Below, piece by piece: positions 23,166 to 33,766 of a stretch of 64,000 nucleotides of DNA. Each line of letters starts with the position of its first letter. Position 1 is the first letter of the stretch. The translations under genes were made by a program, and so were the position numbers. The notes under the pieces are model-generated. The model was not told the DNA's origin. It ran no database searches and was given only the letters and a program-made list of their open reading frames with translations. The DNA lies in sequence record OU509535.1, one strand, 5' to 3'.

Positions 23166-24125
23166 ATGAGTAGTAGTACTTTATGGACAGAAAAATATCG
23201 CCCACTTACTATGGATGATTATGTTTCAAAAAATGACGCCCTTCGTCAAAAGATGGAAGAATGGATCCGTACTGGTGATATTCCCCATATTGGTTTTTTT
23301 GGTCCAGCAGGAACTGGTAAAACGAGTGCGATTGGTGTTTTACTCAATGGGTTGGAACAAAACGGTCACATTGATATGGGTGATGTGACTATTCTCAATA
23401 TGAGTTCAGAAGGTATGGACGCCATTCGTGAAAAAATCGAAAGCACAGCACAGTTATCATGTTATGGAAGATACAGGATTTTTGTTCTCGAAGAGTTTGA
23501 AACTACTTCACAGCGTTCACAAGGTTCAATGAAACGTATTATGGAAGATTATCATGAAACTTCTCGTTTCATCATTACCAGTAATGAACCACATAAAATC
23601 CAAAAACCTATCATCTCCAGATTACAAGTAATTAATATAGAAAAACACGATATTGATCAATTCATGACGCGAGTACTTGATATCCTTATTAAAGAAGGTG
23701 TTGAGCTTGATACAGAAGAAAGTATCAATACAGTACAGGAATACATCAAAGCATCATACCCAGATTTTCGTAAAACACTAAATGTATTGCAACAAAATGT
23801 CATTAATGGTAAACTTGTCCATATGGAAGATAGTATTGAATCTTCTGCAACGTACAGAACCGAGATAGTAGAAGCACTGAAAAACGGTACTATTCGTGTG
23901 ATGCGTGAAAAAATTGTACAAAGTATTCCAGAAGATGAGATGGATGCATTCTTTTCTTATCTGTACCGTAATGCTGAAATGTTCAGTACTGAGCCTGTTA
24001 CTTTGATGAAAATTAAAGTAAAAATTCGTGATGCGGTTGTTAAACAAGCCACAGTATCAGACCGAGAAATGAATCTAAGTGCTCTACTTTGTGAAATAGA
24101 TTTAATCTGTTCAGGAAATATGTAA
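23166..24125 (+). CDS. sliding-clamp loader AAA+ subunit (gp44/RFC-like)
   Basis: LWTEKYRP, GPAGTGKT, LEEFE, ISRLQ, PDFRK. Confidence 0.93.
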   Translation: MSSSTLWTEKYRPLTMDDYVSKNDALRQKMEEWIRTGDIPHIGFFGPAGTGKTSAIGVLLNGLEQNGHIDMGDVTILNMSSEGMDAIREKIESTAQLSCYGRYRIFVLEEFETTSQRSQGSMKRIMEDYHETSRFIITSNEPHKIQKPIISRLQVINIEKHDIDQFMTRVLDILIKEGVELDTEESINTVQEYIKASYPDFRKTLNVLQQNVINGKLVHMEDSIESSATYRTEIVEALKNGTIRVMREKIVQSIPEDEMDAFFSYLYRNAEMFSTEPVTLMKIKVKIRDAVVKQATVSDREMNLSALLCEIDLICSGNM

Positions 24126-24126
24126 A

Positions 24127-24750
24127 ATGAATAAGCAAGATTGTCTTGTATTTGATTGCGATGAAGTTCTTCTTAATCACTTAGGAGCTTTTCGCTCCTT
24201 TGTTTTTGAACATTACAATATCACACCAAATACTGAATACCCCGTTGAATATGATTTGGGATCGTGGTTTGATGTTTCTAACACTGAAATTAACGAAATG
24301 ATCAAACACTTCAATGAACGATCTTATCAATTCGGATTACTCGAACCACTACAGCACAATACTGTAGAAGTAATGCATGAATTGCGAAGAGAATTCCCTA
24401 ATAAAAAAATTGTAGTATTAACTAAATCAGGCACTGGCGGTCATGGTGAAGTACTTAGAAAAGTAAATTTAATTAATGCCTTCGGGTATATATTCGATGA
24501 CATTATTATAATTGAAATGTATGAATCCAAAAAAAGTGCACTATATCAATTACAACAAAAATATAATGTAAAATTTTTGGTTGATGATTATATTAAAAAT
24601 ATCAAGGATGCTATGCAATTGGAAATTCGTGGTATTATGCTTAAATCCACATATAATGAAATTTATAGTACCAGTACTGAATTTGATTATGTAAATAACT
24701 GGAGTGAGCTTAGATTAAAAATATACGAAATTTTGAACAGTAGTAAATAG
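24127..24750 (+). CDS. HAD-family 5'(3')-nucleotidase
   Basis: VFDCDEVL (DxD), LVDDYIKN, YVNNWSE. Confidence 0.75.
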   Translation: MNKQDCLVFDCDEVLLNHLGAFRSFVFEHYNITPNTEYPVEYDLGSWFDVSNTEINEMIKHFNERSYQFGLLEPLQHNTVEVMHELRREFPNKKIVVLTKSGTGGHGEVLRKVNLINAFGYIFDDIIIIEMYESKKSALYQLQQKYNVKFLVDDYIKNIKDAMQLEIRGIMLKSTYNEIYSTSTEFDYVNNWSELRLKIYEILNSSK

Positions 24751-24787
24751 TATATATGATTGTAGATTTATAAAGGAATATAAAATT

Positions 24788-25333
24788 ATGCAAAACCCAC
24801 AATCTACTATACAACAGTTATATGATAATCAGGGGATGTTGGATATTCTTATTGCTATTGAAAAATATTTTGAAGATAATGATTTATATGCATATAAAGA
24901 TATCCAAAGTGGTGAAATCGTTGAAGGCCCAAATATTGAAAAATACTGGGTGGAAATTGTACTTAAATATTATCGTGAAAATTTTCCAGATCCAGCCGCA
25001 TTTAAAATTCTGGAACGTCATGGTACTAAAGTTAAAGTTAAAGGTGATTATGAAATTCACCCAATTGAACACCCACGTTCCCGTAGAGATATGGAGCAAG
25101 TTCCTGCACAAAATGGTACTGTTTCTATGCCTAAAGAAGAACGAGTACCAGTACTTTTAGTTAGAGTTCAAATTCCACGAAGTGTTATTAATCCAGAAAG
25201 CTTTGATGAATACAAACTAAGTATTGCTGAATTAAATAAATCTCAAATTCAGGATGTATCAGAATTTGAATCTGATGTGGAACAAGATGCTCCGGTGTCA
25301 GATGATGAACAATCAAATGCCGGGGGTATGTAA
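24788..25333 (+). CDS. hypothetical protein
   Basis: AAGGA RBS; TAAATA upstream. Confidence 0.8.
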   Translation: MQNPQSTIQQLYDNQGMLDILIAIEKYFEDNDLYAYKDIQSGEIVEGPNIEKYWVEIVLKYYRENFPDPAAFKILERHGTKVKVKGDYEIHPIEHPRSRRDMEQVPAQNGTVSMPKEERVPVLLVRVQIPRSVINPESFDEYKLSIAELNKSQIQDVSEFESDVEQDAPVSDDEQSNAGGM

Positions 25334-26010
25334 TGAAAGAACAACTAAATGAACAAGGACTGCGACCAAATATTCTTCATGATTTGGTATATCCAATTAT
25401 TAGTATAGATGAATATGAACCTAAAATTAATCAAGATAATATCGTGGTTATGTTTCAGGTATTGAATAATTATGATGCAGCATATGATTTATCTTCTTTT
25501 ATTGAGAAGACAAGCAAAAATGCCATTGATACTGAAGCAGCGGAAACACCTAATCTTGATGGTCGTTATACTGTATTTGTCGAGATGCCGAGAAATGTTG
25601 AATTTCCAGAAGCATTGTATGATATGATCGTCAATATTCAAAATCTGTGTCCAGATCCGAGTTGGAAATTACAGTTATATGGGGTTAATGATCCAATTGA
25701 TTTGGATGTAAAGGAAATCACCAAACTGATTAATTTGAGTTCACCTGAGAGTATTAAAGAATTTTTAGATGTAGAAGACGTAAAAATACTAAATGAGGGT
25801 GTTTTACAAATTTCAGTACACAATAAGGATTTGTATTATAGTACTGCATCTGCATTTGGTTCGGAAGATTATGTAAAAAAACTTCTTTCCGAGAATGTTG
25901 ATATTGATAACACACCTTTATCTAATTATCTGAGTACTGATTTTACTGTTGTTAGAAGTAATGACAAGTACATTGTTGAAAAGAATGGGAAATATTTAAT
26001 ACTTAAATAG
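25333..26010 (+). CDS. hypothetical protein
   Basis: translationally coupled (TAATG). Confidence 0.8.
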   Translation: MKEQLNEQGLRPNILHDLVYPIISIDEYEPKINQDNIVVMFQVLNNYDAAYDLSSFIEKTSKNAIDTEAAETPNLDGRYTVFVEMPRNVEFPEALYDMIVNIQNLCPDPSWKLQLYGVNDPIDLDVKEITKLINLSSPESIKEFLDVEDVKILNEGVLQISVHNKDLYYSTASAFGSEDYVKKLLSENVDIDNTPLSNYLSTDFTVVRSNDKYIVEKNGKYLILK

Positions 26011-26021
26011 GGATTTATTGT

Positions 26022-26837
26022 ATGAGAGTATTGAAATATGTACAAGCATTACACCAGAATACTAAAATTGATGAATTCAAAAAAGAAAACGTCAAGAAAC
26101 ATGACAACAAAGATATAGCTATTAGGATGTATCTTCGTCGATTTGAGGTTAATAGAATTGGAAAAAACTGGAGTGGTGAAGTAAGAGAAGATTTAGATAC
26201 TGATGCAATACTAAAATCATATCTAGCCCGAAAAATTTACATCAACGAAAAGAGAATTTATATAGATCACTATCGTGAAATGGAAGAAAAGTTCACCGCT
26301 GGGTTATGGAAAATCTGGAGTATTGAACAATTTGGACACGAAGTACCTGAATTGAATGTACCAACTACATTCGAAGAATTACATAATATTTTAGTTAACA
26401 AAAATATTCATGATAAATTTTCTTTGAAAGATACTATAGATTTAGCATTGACACACAGTATGCTACATGGATACAATGGTTTCTTCGAAACGTTTGATGA
26501 ATTCGATTTACTATGTGCACTACCAGGAGAGAAAAGTTGGACTTTGAGTCAAACATTTTCACAAAAAAGCGATAACCGAAAACTGAGTCCACAACGCTGT
26601 ATTCAAGTTGCTATTGCTATGTATAAACTGGACTATCTGAATTGTTCAGAACCATATCCACACTTCTGGAAGCAAAAAGCAATGGAATGTATGAACTATG
26701 CTTTGTGTAATATGGAAAAAAGTTATGAAATAAAATTCAGGAACGCAACTGTATACGACAATCCTGAAATTTGTGAGAACCCAGACAGATACCCTCCACC
26801 AAAACCAATAGCTGAATACATCAAAAAAAGGACGTGA
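26022..26837 (+). CDS. hypothetical protein
   Basis: long co-directional ORF. Confidence 0.8.
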   Translation: MRVLKYVQALHQNTKIDEFKKENVKKHDNKDIAIRMYLRRFEVNRIGKNWSGEVREDLDTDAILKSYLARKIYINEKRIYIDHYREMEEKFTAGLWKIWSIEQFGHEVPELNVPTTFEELHNILVNKNIHDKFSLKDTIDLALTHSMLHGYNGFFETFDEFDLLCALPGEKSWTLSQTFSQKSDNRKLSPQRCIQVAIAMYKLDYLNCSEPYPHFWKQKAMECMNYALCNMEKSYEIKFRNATVYDNPEICENPDRYPPPKPIAEYIKKRT

Positions 26838-26920
26838 AAACGTCCTTTTTTATTTGACAAATCATTTCAAAAGAGTTATAGTACTGAAAATGTTTAATTG
26901 AATAGGACGGATAAACCCAA

Positions 26921-28036
26921 ATGAAAGGTAAATTTTTCTTCAAAGAAAAAGGTAAAGAAATCGAAATCCAGGAGTTTGATTTCGAATACGTTCTTAATTC
27001 TTTGTGTAAAGAATATAATCGCCATTCCAACAAAGAGTATTGCTATACTGTGATTGTTAGTAGAACTTATAATTCTATTGGGGAACCAGTTTTTGATGTT
27101 CGCACATTAAATTTAAAAGAAATTTATTACGACAATGTTCGTTTGTGTGTATACGATCTCATGATGGACAAAATTGCATTTCGCCGTCCAGAAATCAAAA
27201 ACTTACCAGTTCCTGCATTACAGAAAGAATACCAGGAATGGAAAGAAGGTAAAGTTAAAAAATCGAGTACGCCAGTTGTTGTCGATATTCCTTTTAAAGA
27301 ACTAAAACGTACTGAAATCTCCAGTAACGATCATCGTATTCCAGATATTATGTCACAATTTAATGTGGATAGTTCTAAAGCATTAAAAGTACTGGACTGG
27401 ATTGTTAATCTTCCAGTATGTACACAAGAAGTTACAATTAAAGTTCAAAACATCAGTACAAGACAACTGGAACTCAATGATGCATTACAACAACACAGTG
27501 AATATATTCATAAACTAATGAATAACTTAACATCTGCGTTAGAAACATTATTTCCATTAAAGCCAACATTTACTCAGAAGTTATTTGGTAAACAACCAGT
27601 TATTAAAATAGAACAATCTGATTTAAAAAATGTGATGGATACATTGAAGAAAGCAGTACAGTATGACACCACTAAGTTTAATGGTATTGATACTATGTTT
27701 TCTTCTTTAATTAGTGATATTCGTGCAATGCAGGACGAATTTGGTACAGCAGAAAATGCATGTGATTTTGCTATCAGTACATTAGAAGATAACTTTGAAT
27801 TTGAATTAATGAAAAATCGCATTCTGAAAATGTCGATTACTAATACATCATCAGAAGCTGCACTAATTGGGTTCAATAAGAAATACAGAATAGATGTGGA
27901 TCAAATGGTTGATATTCAAACAACAACGATTCCATGGATTATCATGCGTTTGCAGAATCAGGTAGGACAAACTGTTGATTCTGAAACAGTTGATATTCTT
28001 AAAAATTTGGCATACGGTAAAAAAGATGACAAATAA
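26921..28036 (+). CDS. TelA/KlaA-like coiled-coil protein with N-terminal extension
   Basis: C-terminal helical region (DIQTTTIPWII) parallels neighbouring TelA (DMKTIMIPSW); TTGACA-17-TATAGT upstream. Confidence 0.5.
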   Translation: MKGKFFFKEKGKEIEIQEFDFEYVLNSLCKEYNRHSNKEYCYTVIVSRTYNSIGEPVFDVRTLNLKEIYYDNVRLCVYDLMMDKIAFRRPEIKNLPVPALQKEYQEWKEGKVKKSSTPVVVDIPFKELKRTEISSNDHRIPDIMSQFNVDSSKALKVLDWIVNLPVCTQEVTIKVQNISTRQLELNDALQQHSEYIHKLMNNLTSALETLFPLKPTFTQKLFGKQPVIKIEQSDLKNVMDTLKKAVQYDTTKFNGIDTMFSSLISDIRAMQDEFGTAENACDFAISTLEDNFEFELMKNRILKMSITNTSSEAALIGFNKKYRIDVDQMVDIQTTTIPWIIMRLQNQVGQTVDSETVDILKNLAYGKKDDK

Positions 28037-28039
28037 CGG

Positions 28040-28067
28040 TTGACACAGTAACAGAGTGCTGTATAAT
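28040..28067 (+). promoter_or_regulatory. sigma70 promoter
   Basis: TTGACA-16-TATAAT. Confidence 0.7.
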
Positions 28068-28128
28068 CTTTTATATCGAAACAACATACAGCACTTAAAA
28101 CTTTTAATTCACCGAAGGAAACATTACA

Positions 28129-29256
28129 ATGTCCGAGAAAGAAATTAATCCCACTAAAGCAGCCAAGAAAACTAACACTAAAACACGTAAAGCTCTAGCT
28201 ATGGATGATTCTATCCTGGAAACTCCAAAAAAGAATCTACCGTCAAATGTTGCTTTGCGTGATACAAAAGGTACTCAACTCGCATTAACTATTGAAAACA
28301 TCAATAGCATTGGTACTGTAACTGGTACTAAAGTTGCTGCATTAAGCAATGACATTCTAACTAAAGTCAATGCAAGTGATACCAGTACTGAATTTGGTAA
28401 ATCAGTATCCACTATTCTGAATCTTACTCGTTCAGTTGATATTGAATCACTTGTACAGGATAAAAGCCTTATCGGTTGGTTGCGTTCTAAATTTGTTGAT
28501 GTTAAACAAAAAGTAGGCGACCAGTACAAAAATAGTAAAGAACAAATTGATGAAATTCTTGCAACTATGGAACGCGGTATTATCCGCCAACAAGGTGAGC
28601 AGACGTGGCTTGAAAATTCTTATAATGAAAGTAAGAACTATCTCTTTGAATTACGTGATTCACTTGATAATTTGCTTGAAGTAACTGCTGAACAACAATC
28701 TATTCTTACTGAATACCAGAAAGATGAAAATGTTGATGTATATGTTATCCAAGATCAAAAAGCAATCGTGGATGCATTGGAACGTCAGGTTGATACCGTT
28801 CGTCGACTGATTCTGATGGTGGAAATTAATATTCCACAGATCGCGGCGATGAAGAAAGTGAATCTCAGTACTATCTCAAAATTCCATGATATGAAAACTA
28901 TCATGATTCCGAGTTGGACTACTACTCTTAGTCAGAACTTGATCAGTGATCGCCAGAAAAAAGATCAAGAACTTACTGAATTGTTGGCTAATGAAACAAA
29001 CCGTATGTTGCGTGTGGGAAGTGAAATGGTTGGTAAGAATATGATCGCGGCGGCTAAAGCAGCAGGTCGAGGTGTAGTTGATGTTGAAACTCTTCGTATT
29101 GCACAGAAAAACATTGTCGATGGTATGACTCAAGTTATTCATGAAGAGAAGAAACTGAAAGAAGAACGTGCTAATGCTGCAATTGAAATGAGTAAAATGT
29201 CACTTGAGTTAAAAGAAACTCTTCGTGATATTGCAGAGAAATCCGGTAAAATCTAA
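28129..29256 (+). CDS. toxic anion resistance protein TelA/KlaB family
   Basis: I..IG..VAALSNDIL.KV, LIGWL..K..Y....QIDEI, IPQI..N, IPSW, VVDVETL. Confidence 0.8.
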   Translation: MSEKEINPTKAAKKTNTKTRKALAMDDSILETPKKNLPSNVALRDTKGTQLALTIENINSIGTVTGTKVAALSNDILTKVNASDTSTEFGKSVSTILNLTRSVDIESLVQDKSLIGWLRSKFVDVKQKVGDQYKNSKEQIDEILATMERGIIRQQGEQTWLENSYNESKNYLFELRDSLDNLLEVTAEQQSILTEYQKDENVDVYVIQDQKAIVDALERQVDTVRRLILMVEINIPQIAAMKKVNLSTISKFHDMKTIMIPSWTTTLSQNLISDRQKKDQELTELLANETNRMLRVGSEMVGKNMIAAAKAAGRGVVDVETLRIAQKNIVDGMTQVIHEEKKLKEERANAAIEMSKMSLELKETLRDIAEKSGKI

Positions 29257-29324
29257 TACACAATCATACTCACAGTTAAAAAGGTTCCACTTCTGGAACC
29301 TTTTTTTAATATTGGAGGTTATTA

Positions 29325-30005
29325 ATGACAAAGTTGTTATCACTTGATATTGAATCATTTGGTGTACCTGAACGTTCTGGGTATAATATCGTAGTACCAA
29401 ATTATGCGGTTGTGCTTATCCCAGATAATCCCATGCATTTAATTGAATCTTTTTCGTATGTAAAACTACCATTTCAACCACAAGTAGAAAATGGGTTAAA
29501 AGTTGATGCAGGTTCGATGGATTTTTGGTTCAATGAATGTAGGAAGTATTACCCAAATGCACTAAATGAAGTTACAAGTACGTTCAATTTAAAAGAACCT
29601 GAAGTTTATCAAGTAACAAAATCTTCTAGATTTAAATCCAATGATGTTATTTCTATGTGGAAAGACCTAAGATATAATATCTATGGTGAAGAAGAATCGT
29701 TGGAAATTTGGGGCAATGGTTGTAACTTTGATTGTAGTATTTTACAAGCAAATCATTTACTTCAATTCAATAAAGGTGACTTGTGGAATTATGCTTCACC
29801 ACAAAACGCCCGTTCTTTAAAACGATTGTTAAGTGCTGAAGAGCGTGAAGAAATGGATGAAATTGTTAAAAAACAGTTATTAAAATTCACTGACTTTGCA
29901 GCAGGGCATGGTTTTAACGCACTGGAACTGCATCACCCATTATATGATGCAGCACGAGAAGCCATTCAGATTTCTTATTGCTTGAATAAAAAATCATCAA
30001 AATAA
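29325..30005 (+). CDS. DEDDh 3'-5' exonuclease (DexA/Rv2179c-like)
   Basis: SLDIES, IWGNGCNFD, HHPLYDA. Confidence 0.85.
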   Translation: MTKLLSLDIESFGVPERSGYNIVVPNYAVVLIPDNPMHLIESFSYVKLPFQPQVENGLKVDAGSMDFWFNECRKYYPNALNEVTSTFNLKEPEVYQVTKSSRFKSNDVISMWKDLRYNIYGEEESLEIWGNGCNFDCSILQANHLLQFNKGDLWNYASPQNARSLKRLLSAEEREEMDEIVKKQLLKFTDFAAGHGFNALELHHPLYDAAREAIQISYCLNKKSSK

Positions 30006-30070
30006 AAGTTGAAAAAAATTTGAATACAGGATATACTAGTTATATCCTTTTTAATTTAAGAGATGATCAA

Positions 30071-31168
30071 ATGTTAAGTTATGTCATTTTGTTACTACCT
30101 GCACTTATTGTTATGTTTGTGATGAAATACATTTATAACAAAGAAATTAGTACTAAAGAATTTTTGATTCATGGGGCTATTTGTATTATTAGTGCAACTG
30201 TTGTATTGGCACTTTCTTATGCAATAAATTACGCTTCATTGACTGATACCCAGATTTTAAATGGTAAAGTACTAAGTAAGAACAAACACGTTGAGACTTG
30301 TACTCAATATAGCTCGTGTGAGCATTATTATGTAAAAGAAAAATGTCATTATTACACAGATAGTAAAGGAAAACGTCACAAAAGTTGTGAAACATATAAA
30401 GTGTTTGATTATCCGTATGAAGTTGACTGGTATGTCAATACCAGTGTGGGTGACTTCAAAATTAAACGAGTCAACCGACAAGGTACTACAACACCAAATA
30501 GATGGTCGGTTGTTAAAATAAATGATTATGCAAGTAATACTTCATATTATATAAATTATCTTCTTTCTGATAAAAATTCATTATTCAGTACTGAAAATGA
30601 TATCAAAAATTACAGCGAAAAATATTTGAATTCTCTACCAGAATATCCTGAAATTTTTGATTATTATCATACTGAACATGTAATCAATACAACAAAAGCA
30701 GATGTTTCTGGTTTTGATGAATACATTAAAGATGAACTGAAAGATTTGGGATCATCTAAACAAGTAAACATTGAAATATTAATTTATGATTACAAAGATG
30801 TTGACTTTGTTGATGCAGTATTGTTAAAATGGAAGGGTGGTAAGAAAAATGATGTTATCATGTTCTTTGGTATTGATGAAAATTCAATTGTAAAATCTTT
30901 CGTAAGTACATCTTTCGCCAAAGGAGTTGGTAATGAAGAATTACATTCCAAAATGAGAATTGATGCATTACAAGAGAAATTAAATCTTGACTTAATCAAA
31001 AAGGAAGTACATAATATCAGTACAAAGTTCGTAAGACAACCAAATGAAAACTTTTCTTATCTAGCAACAAAACTGGAACCAAGAAAAGATGTGATGATTT
31101 TGGTGTCTATTCTACTGTTAATTCTGTCCTATTTCGTTGGACTATATATGAGAGATAATGAAGTATGA
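30071..31168 (+). CDS. membrane protein with large extracytoplasmic domain
   Basis: N- and C-terminal TMs; WKGGKKNDVIMFFG. Confidence 0.7.
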   Translation: MLSYVILLLPALIVMFVMKYIYNKEISTKEFLIHGAICIISATVVLALSYAINYASLTDTQILNGKVLSKNKHVETCTQYSSCEHYYVKEKCHYYTDSKGKRHKSCETYKVFDYPYEVDWYVNTSVGDFKIKRVNRQGTTTPNRWSVVKINDYASNTSYYINYLLSDKNSLFSTENDIKNYSEKYLNSLPEYPEIFDYYHTEHVINTTKADVSGFDEYIKDELKDLGSSKQVNIEILIYDYKDVDFVDAVLLKWKGGKKNDVIMFFGIDENSIVKSFVSTSFAKGVGNEELHSKMRIDALQEKLNLDLIKKEVHNISTKFVRQPNENFSYLATKLEPRKDVMILVSILLLILSYFVGLYMRDNEV

Positions 31169-31719
31169 ATAAAAATCTAATTGCTGTTTGTGCTGGACTG
31201 GTTTTAATCTTTTTGTGTGCAGTAGGTTATGTATCGATGTATAGTTCTGCTCATGATACTGCTGTGTCATTTGAAGAGAATATTAAAAAGTACTACGATG
31301 CTAGTGAATCGCAATTGAGTACATATACACTGACTATTCAGGAAAAAGTGCAAATTTCCGACAAATATAAAGATGGCCTGAAAGAAGTAATTGAATCATA
31401 TTTCAAAGGTCGTGAAGGTGCAGATCAAAATTTTGTAATGTCCTATGTTCAACAGCATGTACCAAATCTTGATCCTAAAATGTATCAAGAACTAATGGTG
31501 ACGATTGATTCAGGGCGAGAGAAGTTTAACAATCTTCAGAAAATGAAAATTGAACAATGTACTGAATATGGTAAATTCAGAAAAGGATTCTGGAATTCCA
31601 AAATTCTGGATAAGGATGTATTCCCAGGTAAAGATATTGAACATTACTGTGCAGTGGTATCCGATACACGTACTAAGAATGCAATGAAAACTGGAGTACA
31701 AGAAGTTATTAAATTATAA
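31165..31719 (+). CDS. LemA-like membrane-anchored protein
   Basis: N-terminal TM then helical bundle (PNLD..MYQEL..I.SGR.KF..LQ); coupled to the upstream membrane gene. Confidence 0.5.
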   Translation: MNKNLIAVCAGLVLIFLCAVGYVSMYSSAHDTAVSFEENIKKYYDASESQLSTYTLTIQEKVQISDKYKDGLKEVIESYFKGREGADQNFVMSYVQQHVPNLDPKMYQELMVTIDSGREKFNNLQKMKIEQCTEYGKFRKGFWNSKILDKDVFPGKDIEHYCAVVSDTRTKNAMKTGVQEVIKL

Positions 31720-31765
31720 TTTGAAGGGGAGACGAAAGTCTTCCCTTTTCTTGTTAGGTGAATAT

Positions 31766-32356
31766 ATGTATCACAATGAAACAATAGAGTTATTTGAAAT
31801 AATAAATTCATTTGAACCGGAGATGTTAAAAATACTACCCAGTTATGATGTACAACACAACGGACGTTCTTTCAGCTATATTTCAACATATGCAGAATCA
31901 GAACATCCAATGAAATACAACGAATTTACGGTTAAATGGGTAACAGAAAGGGAAGATGAAGTTGTACCAACTATTTCAGTTGGTTCTTCAACTTTAACAT
32001 CATTGACTCGTACTTACAATAATGTCAGTACTGATTTATTGAATACTTGTACAGTACTTGTATCAAGTGATTTATCCAGATTGATTTCAGTACAATGGGA
32101 AATGGGCTTGAATAGCAATATGATTTACCCACAGGCTATGATTAGTTCTACAATTATTAAAAAAACAACATCTGAAATGAAATTGATGAATGCGTTGTAT
32201 TTGCGAAATGAAAGTGTATTAATTAATGGTGTACTTTATGATTTAAATGCAAATGCAAATGCATTCACTGAAGATATTAGTGATGATAAATCACATTTTT
32301 CTATACTAAACGTCATTAATTTAAGGAACATTTTTAATGAATTACGATTGGCTTGA
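31766..32356 (+). CDS. hypothetical protein
   Basis: AGGTG RBS. Confidence 0.75.
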   Translation: MYHNETIELFEIINSFEPEMLKILPSYDVQHNGRSFSYISTYAESEHPMKYNEFTVKWVTEREDEVVPTISVGSSTLTSLTRTYNNVSTDLLNTCTVLVSSDLSRLISVQWEMGLNSNMIYPQAMISSTIIKKTTSEMKLMNALYLRNESVLINGVLYDLNANANAFTEDISDDKSHFSILNVINLRNIFNELRLA

Positions 32357-32882
32357 AACCCTTATTAACGAATCATGTAATGCACTAAAAGAATATGATA
32401 TTTCAGTGTTTTTCAATCCACTATTCAATGATCACAAATTTGAATCATTTGATATAGAAAAAAGAGATAATTTTATTATCTTAAAAAATGGTATTAGTCA
32501 GAAAGAAGTCGTGACATATAAAAAGAATTCAAGTCCTTATAATATTAGTACTGCGATAGTTGGTAATACTAATGTTTATAACAAAAATCCATTTCATGAT
32601 GAATTACCTGATTATCACAGCATTGATTATGTAAATTACACTTATTCATTTGTTTTCAGGCAAGATGGTTTTATCGGGTTTGATGTAAAGAGAAAAAACG
32701 AAACTTTATTGAATATTATTGTTGGAAATAGCGATATTTTGATATACAATGAAAATGGTTATAACTGGTACAACAAAGAAACATTTGAAGAATTTTCATT
32801 TCAAAATTCATTAATTGAACCAAGAAAAAATTTTGATTTATTTTATATTAATTCTGTACTTAAAAATTTTAAATTAGTTTAA
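32337..32882 (+). CDS. FQxS-motif paralog family protein
   Basis: C-terminal EEFSFQNSLIE. Confidence 0.7.
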   Translation: MNYDWLETLINESCNALKEYDISVFFNPLFNDHKFESFDIEKRDNFIILKNGISQKEVVTYKKNSSPYNISTAIVGNTNVYNKNPFHDELPDYHSIDYVNYTYSFVFRQDGFIGFDVKRKNETLLNIIVGNSDILIYNENGYNWYNKETFEEFSFQNSLIEPRKNFDLFYINSVLKNFKLV

Positions 32883-32892
32883 GGATAATAAA

Positions 32893-33255
32893 ATGTGGTA
32901 TATTATTAGTGTAGTAGTACTTTCTGTTTTGGTTGGTATTGTATTACTGAAAGGTGTAACGTATACAATGTCTAAAATAGACAAGTACCAGGAAAATTCA
33001 GTAATCGATTTGTTTATTGATTACCCAAAAAGCATCATTACTTTTCTGTTTGTTATGGTACTGATTGGTTTTTATATGGTATCTCATCAAATTGGAGAAA
33101 TGTACACTTGTGCCATCCGAAGTAGTTCACAGAATGTAGAAACCGAATATAGTTGGTATTTTGATAAATGTCGCTTCAAAAATAAAGATGGTGCATGGGT
33201 AGATATTGATCGTTTATTGGGTATGCCTGATGGCAAAGAACATGAACAACAATGA
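32893..33255 (+). CDS. membrane protein
   Basis: two TM helices. Confidence 0.75.
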   Translation: MWYIISVVVLSVLVGIVLLKGVTYTMSKIDKYQENSVIDLFIDYPKSIITFLFVMVLIGFYMVSHQIGEMYTCAIRSSSQNVETEYSWYFDKCRFKNKDGAWVDIDRLLGMPDGKEHEQQ

Positions 33256-33766
33256 ACATAAATTCTTCATAGAGCCAGAAGATGAAATAGACTATTTTGA
33301 TGCAATAGACAGTACTGAAGATGGATATACACATATCAATATATATAGTAAAGGTAAAACTAAATTAGGACGCGATTTATCTAATTTTAGTCCCTATAGT
33401 TTTACGCTTGAACCATATGGATGGTTTCCATCAGTAGAGTCATTTTATTTCTGGTTTTTAACTGGACAAAAACACCATGAGCTACGTAAGCTCTCTGGGG
33501 CGGCAGCTAAGGCTGCTGCGGAAAAGTATACCCATGATAGGCTTGAGATGACCGATGAGCGTCTTGGTGTGATACAGGCCGCTATTTGTGCCAAGATAGC
33601 ACAGAACCCCGACTTAGCAGAGCGTTTAAAGAAAAGTACATTAGCTTTTAAGCATTATTATTGCTATGGTACTAAAGTAATAAACGTGGAAGATGAGCAT
33701 GGGTGGTTTGTTCAAACAATCGAAGATATAAGGACTGCATTAAAAGAAGGAGATGAACATGAATAA
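33230..33766 (+). CDS. NADAR-family protein (T4 gp30.3-like)
   Basis: LSNFSPYSF, FPSVESF, LSGAAAK, KIAQNPDL, FKHY parallel gp30.3 LSNFAQWPF, FGGLEGF, LSGLAAQ, LKHS (recalled). Confidence 0.65.
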   Translation: MAKNMNNNEHKFFIEPEDEIDYFDAIDSTEDGYTHINIYSKGKTKLGRDLSNFSPYSFTLEPYGWFPSVESFYFWFLTGQKHHELRKLSGAAAKAAAEKYTHDRLEMTDERLGVIQAAICAKIAQNPDLAERLKKSTLAFKHYYCYGTKVINVEDEHGWFVQTIEDIRTALKEGDEHE

